Source: a bacterium
Lineage (GTDB): Bacteria > Patescibacteriota > Patescibacteriia > UBA9934 > GWF2-40-263
Assembly (NCBI GenBank): GCA_020057555.1
Contig: JAGVFR010000026.1
Span: 22,631-86,630, forward strand
Direction: 5' to 3'
Length of the DNA: 64,000 bases
A model generated the notes under the pieces. The model did not search any database, was not told the origin of the DNA, and worked only from the letters and a program-made list of their open reading frames with translations. Positions 1-8,089 of the stretch are shown here, one piece after another. Position 1 is the first letter of the stretch. Each line of letters opens with the position of its first letter. Made by a program: the position numbers and the translations under genes.

Positions 1-963
1 CGAAAAATCGGCTTCAGCTTACCATGTATTCCGCCTTCGTGGAAGAGCAAAGCCGTGATATACTTTGTTGGTATGGTGGATCAGAGTTTTTTGCATGAAG
101 AAGAAAAAGAATTCAAACGTTTTTACAGCCTTTCAGTTTTTTGGGTTGAGAATCAAGTCCTCTTACGAAAAATAGGCTTTGGAATTTTTATTGCGTTTGA
201 TGGCTTTTTGTTGTTGTTTGTTTTTTGGACAATGATCGATTCGTTTGCATTAAGTTACGATAACGAAAACAGGGAAGTGGCTCAAATGGTCGCATACGGT
301 CAACAAGATTTGCGTTCGTACACAATAGCAAATTCCGCAGACCCAATTCTTCAAGAAGATGTTCGAGTGTTTCCAATCGGGAATTCTCGTTATGATTTTT
401 ATTCCCAACTTTCAAATCCTAATCCTGATTGGTGGGTTGAGTTTAAATATCAATTTTTGTTTGACGCAGGAGAGACAACACCTGAAAATGGGTTTTTACT
501 TCCTGGTCAAGAAAAGCCCGTGATTTCTCTCGCCGTTACTTCACAAGTTCCAGTGCAAGTAGCCGAGTTGAAATTAGCAGATATTGTTTGGCATAGAATA
601 AATAAAAAAGTTATTTCTGATTACGCAACTTGGCAAGACGATCGCCTTCGAATAGAAGTTAGCAACGCCACTTTTTCAAAAGAATCTGGAACAACGTTTA
701 CTGTTTTTAATAACACTGCATTTAGCTATTTTGATCCAGTTTTTTACGTGTTACTAAAACGTGGGTCATCAGTTGTCGGTGTGAGTCGCGCAACAGTTGC
801 TTCACTTAAGGCTGGTGAAAATCAGGAGATCTCGCTTTATTGGTTTGGAACACTTCCGTCAGTTGGAGAAGTTGAAGTAATTCCAGACATCCAACTTTTT
901 AATCCAGACGTTTATCAACGAGTTGAAGGAGAGCCGAGTATCGACATCCGCACTCTATTCTAG
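1..963 (+). CDS. hypothetical membrane protein (5' end lies outside window)
   Basis: Frame 1 is open from nt 1 to the stop at 961-963 (no stop before the first ATG at 55); hydrophobic segment near N-terminus; immediately upstream of SEDS gene. Confidence 0.55.
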   Translation, partial: RKIGFSLPCIPPSWKSKAVIYFVGMVDQSFLHEEEKEFKRFYSLSVFWVENQVLLRKIGFGIFIAFDGFLLLFVFWTMIDSFALSYDNENREVAQMVAYGQQDLRSYTIANSADPILQEDVRVFPIGNSRYDFYSQLSNPNPDWWVEFKYQFLFDAGETTPENGFLLPGQEKPVISLAVTSQVPVQVAELKLADIVWHRINKKVISDYATWQDDRLRIEVSNATFSKESGTTFTVFNNTAFSYFDPVFYVLLKRGSSVVGVSRATVASLKAGENQEISLYWFGTLPSVGEVEVIPDIQLFNPDVYQRVEGEPSIDIRTLF

Positions 964-979
964 TTAAGATGGCCAAGTT

Positions 980-2098
980 ATGATGTCTCTTTTTCGGCTC
1001 GCAAACTTGCGCGTTACTAAATTACGAGGCGCTGATTGGTTTATTGTACTTGCGGCGTTTGTTCTTATTTTGTTTGGACTAGCGGCTATTTATTCAGTTG
1101 ATCTTTCGCGTGGAACAGAACTTTTTAACATTAAGAAACAACTTTTAGCCATTGTTATCGCTGGAATTTTTGCTTTTTTTCTCGCAACTTCAAACTATAA
1201 ACTTCTCCGCAATTACAGTTTGATTCTTTACATTTTTGGAATAATGATTCTTGTTGCGGTTTTGTTTTTTGGAACAACCGTTCGTGGAGCGCGAGGTTGG
1301 TTTGTTTTTGATCTTGTTAGTCTTCAACCTGTTGAATACATGAAGTTTGTTTTGATACTCGCTTTGGCTTCATATTTCAGCCAGAGAGCACGCCCACTGT
1401 TTGGAATACGAGAATGTCTAGAAAGCGCTTTGATTTCTTTTCTTCCAATTATTTTGACATTACTTCAACCAGACTTTGGTTCAGCTATTATTTTGGCAGG
1501 TATATGGTTTTGTTTCGCATTGTTTGCTGGAATGCGTTTTAGGTTTATTGTTTCGCTTGCAGGAATTTTTTCAGCTCTGTTTCTATTTTCTTGGGAGTTT
1601 CTTTTTGTCGCATATCAAAAAGCTCGCATTCTAACTTTTTTTGATCCAACATTTGATCCGCTTGGACAGGGATATAATGTGAGTCAGGCAATGATCGCGA
1701 TCGGAGCTGGTGGTTGGCTTGGCCGTGGGCTTGGATTTGGATCACAAAGTCAATTGAAATTTCTTCCTGAAAGTCAGACTGATTTTATTTTCGCAGTTAT
1801 TGCTGAAGAATTGGGTTTTCTTGGAGTGGTGTTGGTGTTAGGAGCGTTTGCTTTGCTTTTTTTGAGATTCGCTTTTATTGTTCGAGCATCAAGAGATAAT
1901 TTTTCCGCATTTTTAGTGATTGGAATTGCGTGTGCTTTTTTTCTTCAAATACTTGTGAACATTGGAATGAACCTCGGTCTTTTTCCAGTGACTGGAATTG
2001 GTTTACCACTTGTGAGCTATGGTGGAAGTTCAGTTGCGTTGTTTTTGGTTTTGCTTGGGGTCATTCAAAGTGTTGTTATTCATGAAAAGAGAAGCTGA
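980..2098 (+). CDS. SEDS-family peptidoglycan glycosyltransferase (FtsW/RodA/SpoVE)
   Basis: Multi-TM protein with C-terminal motif GIGLPLVSYGGSS typical of FtsW/RodA; 372 aa. Confidence 0.85.
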   Translation: MMSLFRLANLRVTKLRGADWFIVLAAFVLILFGLAAIYSVDLSRGTELFNIKKQLLAIVIAGIFAFFLATSNYKLLRNYSLILYIFGIMILVAVLFFGTTVRGARGWFVFDLVSLQPVEYMKFVLILALASYFSQRARPLFGIRECLESALISFLPIILTLLQPDFGSAIILAGIWFCFALFAGMRFRFIVSLAGIFSALFLFSWEFLFVAYQKARILTFFDPTFDPLGQGYNVSQAMIAIGAGGWLGRGLGFGSQSQLKFLPESQTDFIFAVIAEELGFLGVVLVLGAFALLFLRFAFIVRASRDNFSAFLVIGIACAFFLQILVNIGMNLGLFPVTGIGLPLVSYGGSSVALFLVLLGVIQSVVIHEKRS

Positions 2099-2151
2099 AT
2101 AGGCTGAAGAAGCTGGAGAAGTTGAAGGGCGTGTGATAATGTAAAGCAACT

Positions 2152-2511
2152 ATGTCATCAACATCTTCTGAACAATGGAATGAAGGACTTCGTCTTGTTT
2201 CTTTTTGCCCGGTTTGTGAGACACGCTACAAGCCTTTGTCAGCAAAGACTCTTGATGAGGACAGTCAAACACGTTTGCTTCATGTTCAATGCGGTAAGTG
2301 CAGACATTCGGTTTTGGCTTTAGTTCTTGTAAATAAAGTTGGAGCAAGCTCGATTGGTCTTTTAACCGATCTTGTCTATGATGATGTGCTTAAATTCCGA
2401 GTAAATCAACATGTAACAGTGAATGATGTTATTGAAATATACACAGCACTCGAGACCGGAATAAGCGGGCTTGACCTTTTTTGCAAGGCAAGGCATAATG
2501 CGCGCGCATAA
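2152..2511 (+). CDS. hypothetical protein with CxxC...CxxC zinc-ribbon
   Basis: 119-aa ORF; CPVCETRY...CGKCRHS motif. Confidence 0.45.
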   Translation: MSSTSSEQWNEGLRLVSFCPVCETRYKPLSAKTLDEDSQTRLLHVQCGKCRHSVLALVLVNKVGASSIGLLTDLVYDDVLKFRVNQHVTVNDVIEIYTALETGISGLDLFCKARHNARA

Positions 2512-2516
2512 CATTT

Positions 2517-3221
2517 ATGTCAGAACACATCTTACAAGCCCAACATAGAAACCTTGTTGGCAGAAAATCTCGGCAATTGCGCGCAACAGGAGAAATCCCA
2601 GCGGTCGTTTATGGTTCAGGAATTCAACCATCATCGATAACGATAAATCGCAATGCTTTTTTAAAGACTTATAAACAAGCTGGAGAAAGCTCGATAGTTG
2701 AGCTTTCTGTTGGTGAGAATAAACCTCTCCATGTTTTGATACAGGATACTCAAATCGATCCACTGCTCAATGAAGTTACACATGTTGATTTCCGTTCGAT
2801 TGATATGAATAAGGAAATTGAAGCGTCAGTTCAACTTGAAGTGACTGGGGAATCTCCTGCTGTTAAGGCTCTTGGTGGAACACTTGTGCTTTCACGTAAT
2901 TACGTAACTGTTCGTTGTTTACCTGCAAAACTTGTTCGAAGCCTTGCAGTTGATATTTCTCAACTTGCAACATTTGAAGATTCAATTCGTGTTAAGGATC
3001 TAGTTATTCCTGAAGGCATGACAATAACTGACCAACCAACACTTTCCATAGCAGCTGTTGAGGCTCCTCGTTCAGAGGAAGAAATGGCAGCACTTGATAA
3101 GGCAGTTGAAGTTGATATTAGCACCGTTGAGGTAGCCGGAAAGAAAGAGGAAGAAGAAGCTGCAGCAGTTGAGGAAGGTGCTGAAAAACCAGCTGATGAA
3201 AAAGCTCAAGCTAAAGTTTAA
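2517..3221 (+). CDS. rplY: 50S ribosomal protein L25 / general stress protein Ctc
   Basis: N-terminal RNLVGRKSRQLRATGEIPAVVYG motif typical of L25/Ctc; acidic/Lys-rich C-terminal tail. Confidence 0.85.
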   Translation: MSEHILQAQHRNLVGRKSRQLRATGEIPAVVYGSGIQPSSITINRNAFLKTYKQAGESSIVELSVGENKPLHVLIQDTQIDPLLNEVTHVDFRSIDMNKEIEASVQLEVTGESPAVKALGGTLVLSRNYVTVRCLPAKLVRSLAVDISQLATFEDSIRVKDLVIPEGMTITDQPTLSIAAVEAPRSEEEMAALDKAVEVDISTVEVAGKKEEEEAAAVEEGAEKPADEKAQAKV

Positions 3222-4251
3222 TACAAGAACATATTACGCAATCGGGGCAATTGCCATCGCGATTGCGTTTTTGTTTGCGGCTTTGTTACCTGGGTTTTCA
3301 GGAAAAATTCGTCCTTTACTTACGTCTTCAGATGGCAGTTCTGACAAAGCGCCGGTTGGCCGTCATCCATTAACTGGTTTTCCTATTTATGAGCAAATGG
3401 AACTGCCACAGGTTTTTGGAGTCATGATAGATAATCATGTTGATGCTTGGCCACAAGCTGGAATTGATAGGGCATTTCTTGTGGTTGAGGCTCCTGTGGA
3501 AGCTGGAATTTCACGTTTTCTCGCGTTTTATTCAGATGATCAGGATGTGGATAAGATTGGTCCAGTTCGTTCAGCGCGTCCGTATTTTTTGGATTGGAAC
3601 AATGAACTGGATGGTTTATATGTTCATGTTGGAGGATCAGATTCAGTTCTTGATCAAATCTCCTCTGGCGGCACTTTTGATTTGAATCAGTATTGGTTTG
3701 ACTCCTATTTTTGGCGCGCGTTAAATCGTTATGCACCACATAACGTTTACACTTCTACAAAGTTGTTGAAGCGTTATGTTGGTTTTAAAGAACAAGCGGG
3801 AGTTGCGCTTAAACGATTGTATGATATCTGGAAATTTAAAGATGCTGATCTGTCTGGTGATGCAGAACTAAAAAATATTTCTGTTACGTTTGATGCGCCT
3901 TCTTATGTAACACAATGGATTTTTGATTTAGAAACACATCGGTATTTGCGTTCACAAAGCGGTTCTGTTCATTTGGTTGAAGACAAAACACAAATATCAT
4001 CTGACAACATTGTTGTAATTGTTACAGATGTTGAAATTTTGGATTCGGTTGGACGTCGGAGTATTCGAACAACAGGAGAAGGGAAGGTGTTCTTGTTTCG
4101 CGACGGAAAACAGTTTGAGGGGATTTGGAAAAAGGAATCGGAGAGTAACAGGCTTAAGTTTTACGATTCGAACGGTAATGAATTTGAATTGAATGCTGGA
4201 GTAACGTGGATTGAAGTGATTGCTGATGAATCGGATCTGGAAGTTGATTAA
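3196..4251 (+). CDS. DUF3048-domain (YerB-like) membrane-anchored protein
   Basis: Start chosen at ATG 3196 (in frame with ORF 3169, after rplY stop); N-terminal TM helix then DNHVDAWPQAGIDRAFLVVEAPVEAGISRFLAFY block resembling DUF3048. Confidence 0.55.
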   Translation: MKKLKLKFNTRTYYAIGAIAIAIAFLFAALLPGFSGKIRPLLTSSDGSSDKAPVGRHPLTGFPIYEQMELPQVFGVMIDNHVDAWPQAGIDRAFLVVEAPVEAGISRFLAFYSDDQDVDKIGPVRSARPYFLDWNNELDGLYVHVGGSDSVLDQISSGGTFDLNQYWFDSYFWRALNRYAPHNVYTSTKLLKRYVGFKEQAGVALKRLYDIWKFKDADLSGDAELKNISVTFDAPSYVTQWIFDLETHRYLRSQSGSVHLVEDKTQISSDNIVVIVTDVEILDSVGRRSIRTTGEGKVFLFRDGKQFEGIWKKESESNRLKFYDSNGNEFELNAGVTWIEVIADESDLEVD

Positions 4252-5159
4252 AGCTCACTGATTATTACCCGATCAAGACCTTGCAGGTCTTTTTTGATTT
4301 GGGTTTTTGCGCGTGGAAATTGGTGAGATATAAGTTCAACAGCACGAGTGGTTTGTGATGGGTCGATCTCTATGAGTGTGTAAATGTATCTAGGTAAAAT
4401 ATCCCGTTTTTTATTTATTTGCTTAAACAATCGCCAATACGCCTCAAGACCGTCAGGACCTGCTTGTAATGCGTCTTTTGGTTCGTAGCGAACATCTTTT
4501 TGAAGGGCATCCATCTGGTTGTTTGTGAGATATGGGAGATTGGCGCAAATTATTAGGTATTTGAACGGATAAATTGATGAAACTTGTTGTTTTGAAGACG
4601 CACGTATTGATTCGAATAAGTCAACGATTGGCATTAATAGGTCGCCTTCTCTGAAGTCAATAAGTTCTTCTACATTATGTTTGTGAGCGTTTGTTTTTGC
4701 TACTGAAAGTGCGCGAGGGTTTATATCTACAGCCACAACCGGAATTTTTGTTTCAGATGTAAGTGTGATCGCGATTGCTCCTGACCCAGTTCCTATATCA
4801 GTAAACAGTATGTGTTCTGGATCATTAATATTTGTTGATATATCTAATGCTTCTTGAACAAGCGTTTCAGTTGCTGGACGAGGAATAAGAACAAATGAGT
4901 TAACGAAGAAATTTCTATTGTAAAATTCTTTTTCTCCGATTATGTACGCAACAGGTTCAAATGAACAACGACGTTCGATGAGCGACAATAGTCGTTCCTG
5001 TTGATGTGGTTTTAGAATGTCATTTCCATGTGCAAACAGTCGAGCGCGTGATAAATCCAAAATATACGAAAGTATAACTTCCGCATCAAGCATTGACGAC
5101 TCAACGCCAGCTTTTTTGAGCTTGTTGTTTGCCCATTGAAGAGCTTCGAGGATGGACAT
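4248..5159 (-). CDS. prmC: release factor glutamine N5-methyltransferase PrmC/HemK
   Basis: SAM-binding DIGTGSGAIAI and catalytic NLPY (NPPY-class) motifs; near prfA. Confidence 0.9.
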   Translation of the reverse strand: MSILEALQWANNKLKKAGVESSMLDAEVILSYILDLSRARLFAHGNDILKPHQQERLLSLIERRCSFEPVAYIIGEKEFYNRNFFVNSFVLIPRPATETLVQEALDISTNINDPEHILFTDIGTGSGAIAITLTSETKIPVVAVDINPRALSVAKTNAHKHNVEELIDFREGDLLMPIVDLFESIRASSKQQVSSIYPFKYLIICANLPYLTNNQMDALQKDVRYEPKDALQAGPDGLEAYWRLFKQINKKRDILPRYIYTLIEIDPSQTTRAVELISHQFPRAKTQIKKDLQGLDRVIISEL

Positions 5160-6420
5160 AGTAGGGAAGGTCGAAGAGGGCCAAGAAGACCAAAAGGTCC
5201 GAGAAGTTTCAAATGACCGAAAGGTCAGAAAGGTCGAGACAAGTATAGCAGAGTGAAAAATTTATCCATAAAAAGAAAAGCGGCGCCGAACATAGTTCGA
5301 GCGCCGTAAGAAGAGAGAGGAGAGACCGAGTTCGGACTCTCAAGATGACGTGGTTTGCCCAGTGGTAGGGAGTGGGAACGACTCTTTGCGAAACGCTGTT
5401 CAGCATTCAGGATCTCCTTACGGAGCTCACTAAACACTTCACAATATCTCACTTTAAGTCAATTTCCACTCCCGAACCACTCCTTGTCGACATGCAACGC
5501 GCTTTCGTTTGTTGCTTCGTCTAGGGAACTGTTGCTTCCACAACTGGTTTTAAGGTGATGCCCCGAAGAGCTTCTCCAAAAAACTGGTTGTTTTAGCTTG
5601 AGTTTCAGGTTTTCACCTTGACTCCAGACCTTGTAACGGTTGTCGACTTGGCTCTGCAGAGCTATCAACGCCTTTGTCACTGCTCCCTGAAGCTTGCGCT
5701 TTTAGGTAGCGGTTTGGAAGGAGAAGAAAGTCTACAGATGGACTGATCAGTGGTGAGCTTAAGCTCGTGTTTTCACTCAGGTAGAGAGTTTATCCTTTTT
5801 ACAGGACTTATCTCTATTTATTCCTTCTCATTGGTTACCCTTTGAGAACACGATCATCGTTTCACTCAAACACAGAGGTAAACTGTGTCCAAGCTTGACA
5901 ACTTTCATGGACTGATATCCTCGAGGATTAATCGAGGACCACTGGTCTTTGCCGGTTTACACCGAGTCTCAAGTTTTTGAAGCCTGCTATGTGTTTTCGA
6001 TCAGCTATCACAGCTATTTGAACTCGAGTTACCCCAAGCTCACTTCGCTCTGGTGATAAACTAACCTTGCCAGCATTTTGGCTTCGCAACTTGTCCAGCT
6101 TTGTTTACTGATTCGTAGAGCACATTCTCTTGGGAGCCCTTTCGGGTTCTTCAGAAGACGTGTCTACGACACAGTTTCCGCTGGCATGATCCGGTTTTAG
6201 ACCGGCCGGCTTTTTTAAGCCGTTTGCTTGAAGGGTTTGACCAGTTTGCACCGGTACAGCCCTTTTCGCGACCCTCCCGAAGGAGAGTTCAGCCTTCCGA
6301 AGAAGGCCTTGTCTACCAGAGCAACTTACATTGCCTTGGCTGACGGTAATGTTTAATTTACTCTTGAAAGAAACGTGTGTCAAGAGCTGTAAAATCGCTG
6401 GTTTTTGAAAAACTTGTCTA

Positions 6421-6444
6421 TTTATCCACAAAGTTGTGGATAAA
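6421..6444. promoter_or_regulatory. perfect palindromic pair of DnaA-box consensus sequences (TTATCCACA / TGTGGATAA)
   Basis: TTTATCCACAAAGTTGTGGATAAA seen directly; 9/9 match to DnaA box consensus on both arms. Confidence 0.4.
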
Positions 6445-6452
6445 TTTAAAAA

Positions 6453-6525
6453 AGAGCGGTTGTGCTATGTCTCCGTGCCAGCGGACTCCTCGCCGCTGTT
6501 CACTTCGACATAGCACAACCGCTCT
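6453..6525 (-). repeat. conserved-core hairpin element, copy 1 (core on minus strand); terminator position downstream of prfA
   Basis: 19-bp perfect stem AGAGCGGTTGTGCTATGTC/GACATAGCACAACCGCTCT around a core that is the reverse complement of GAACAGCGGCGAGGAGTCCGCTGGCACGGAGACATAG; on the prfA strand it is followed by a T-tract. Confidence 0.7.
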
Positions 6526-6537
6526 AATTAACGATCT

Positions 6538-7605
6538 TTATTGATCTAATTGCTCCGCGATTTCAGCTTCTCTTAATGCGGAAAATAATTCATCGAGGCC
6601 GCCATTCATAAAAGTGGTGATATTGTGAAAGTTTTCATTTATACGATGGTCTGTGATTCGATCTTGCGGAAAATTGTATGTTCGAATCTTTTCTGATCTG
6701 TCTCCGGTTCCGATTTGTCCTTTTCGAGCATCACCACGTTCCTTGTGGGCTTTTTCTTGTTCAAAAGCAAACACACGCGCGCGAATAATCGAAAGAGCAC
6801 GTTCTTTGTTTTGTTTTTGTGAACGTTCTTCTTGGCAAGAAGCCATTATTCCAGTTGGAATGTGTGTGATGCGTATTGCCGAGTAGGTTGTGTTTACACT
6901 CTGTCCGCCATGGCCACCTGCTGTTGTTGCCTCGATGTTTAGATCTTCCGGTTTGATTTGCACATCAATTTCTTCAACTTCAGGCAAGATCGCGACTGTT
7001 ACAGTCGATGTATGCACACGACCTTGTTTTTCCGTTTCTGGCACGCGTTGAACTCTATGAACCCCGCTTTCGTATTTGAGTCGGCTATAAACATTATGGC
7101 CTTTGATTGTCAAAATAATTTCTTTGAATCCTCCGATTTCGTTTCTGTTGGATGAAATGAGTTCTGTTTTCCATGCATGTTGTTCTGCATAAAGCATGTA
7201 CATACGCATCAGTTCTGCGGCAAAAAGCGAGGCCTCGTCTCCTCCAGCGCCGGCTCGAATTTCAACGATTGTATTTTTTTTGTCCAGAGGATCAGATGGA
7301 ATAAGCGAATGCAAGAGTTCTTTTTCAAGTAACGGGAGCTTTGCTTCCAGAGTTTCAATTTCAGTTTGCGCAAGTTCATGCATTTGTTCGTCTGTTGATT
7401 CTTTGAGTGTTTCTTTTGCTCCGTTTAAATCTACCATGACTTTTTCATATCGTTTTGCAACGTCCATGACTTCTTTTAGATCTGAATATTCTTCACTTAC
7501 TTCACGCATTTTTTTTGGATTAGAAAGAACTTCGGGTGAAGATAACTTCAATTCGAGTTCTTGGAATCGGTTTTTTGTTGATTGTAGTTTATCGAGTAAA
7601 GACAT
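6538..7605 (-). CDS. prfA: peptide chain release factor 1
   Basis: GGQ motif (AGGHGGQSVNTT) and RF1 domain layout; 355 aa. Confidence 0.95.
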   Translation of the reverse strand: MSLLDKLQSTKNRFQELELKLSSPEVLSNPKKMREVSEEYSDLKEVMDVAKRYEKVMVDLNGAKETLKESTDEQMHELAQTEIETLEAKLPLLEKELLHSLIPSDPLDKKNTIVEIRAGAGGDEASLFAAELMRMYMLYAEQHAWKTELISSNRNEIGGFKEIILTIKGHNVYSRLKYESGVHRVQRVPETEKQGRVHTSTVTVAILPEVEEIDVQIKPEDLNIEATTAGGHGGQSVNTTYSAIRITHIPTGIMASCQEERSQKQNKERALSIIRARVFAFEQEKAHKERGDARKGQIGTGDRSEKIRTYNFPQDRITDHRINENFHNITTFMNGGLDELFSALREAEIAEQLDQ

Positions 7606-7686
7606 AATTTTTTAAGACAGTGGGCGAGTTTTTTAATCATAACATAAAAGCGCCTTCCACAAAGTGAGAGACGCTTTTTGTTTTTG

Positions 7687-7968
7687 TTAAGCTTCTTTTG
7701 CGCGTTTTGCTGTTTTTTGAGTTGCTCGTTTTTCACGCTTCACTTTCTTTCCAGTAGTTTTTGTTGTTTTTAGCGCTGAACGTGCTTTGTATTTCTCAAC
7801 ACGTCGAGCTGTGTCAATAATCTTTTGTTCTCCAGTGTAGAATGGATGGCAAGCCGCGCACAACTCAACGTCGATCTTTTGCTCTGTTGAGCCGACCTCG
7901 TAAGTGGTTCCGCATGCGCAAGTTATCTTCGCATCATCGTAAAATTCTGGGTGGATGGCTTTTTTCAT
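7687..7968 (-). CDS. rpmE: 50S ribosomal protein L31 with Lys-rich C-terminal extension
   Basis: MKKAIHPEFYDDAKITCACGTTYEVGST...CAACHPFYTG matches L31; internal start at 7968 preferred over the longer ORF to 8016. Confidence 0.85.
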   Translation of the reverse strand: MKKAIHPEFYDDAKITCACGTTYEVGSTEQKIDVELCAACHPFYTGEQKIIDTARRVEKYKARSALKTTKTTGKKVKREKRATQKTAKRAKEA

Positions 7969-8048
7969 AGGTTTTTGACACGCTTTCATACGTGCCATGC
8001 GTGCGAAGATTAACAAGCTGGGTTAACATTGTCAAGAGTTTGAGAAAA

Positions 8049-8084
8049 TAGTAGAAAAGTAGCAAAGTAGTAGAGTAGTAAAGG
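8049..8084 (+). repeat. GA-rich AGTAG-type leader repeat directly upstream of the queA start
   Basis: GTAGAAAAGTAGCAAAGTAGTAGAGTAGTAAAGGG; family also found at 16514, 18168, 27951, 34119. Confidence 0.6.
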
Positions 8085-8089
8085 GAATT

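Noticed and set aside
3169-3195. Longer start for the DUF3048 gene at 3169
   Set aside because: It would overlap the rplY 3' end by 53 nt; the ATG at 3196, just before the rplY stop, gives a standard signal-anchor N-terminus
6421-6444. Chromosomal origin of replication
   Set aside because: Only two DnaA boxes are present, there is no dnaA/dnaN neighbourhood and no obvious AT-rich unwinding element, so it is more likely a regulatory site
5160-6452. tRNA, tmRNA or RNase P RNA in the prmC-prfA gap
   Set aside because: I found no T-arm GGTTCGANTCC motif, no tmRNA tag ORF ending ...ALAA and no RNase P P4 consensus by eye, so I left it unassigned rather than naming it
7196-7615. Plus-strand 139-aa ORF
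   Set aside because: It is antisense to the well-supported prfA gene
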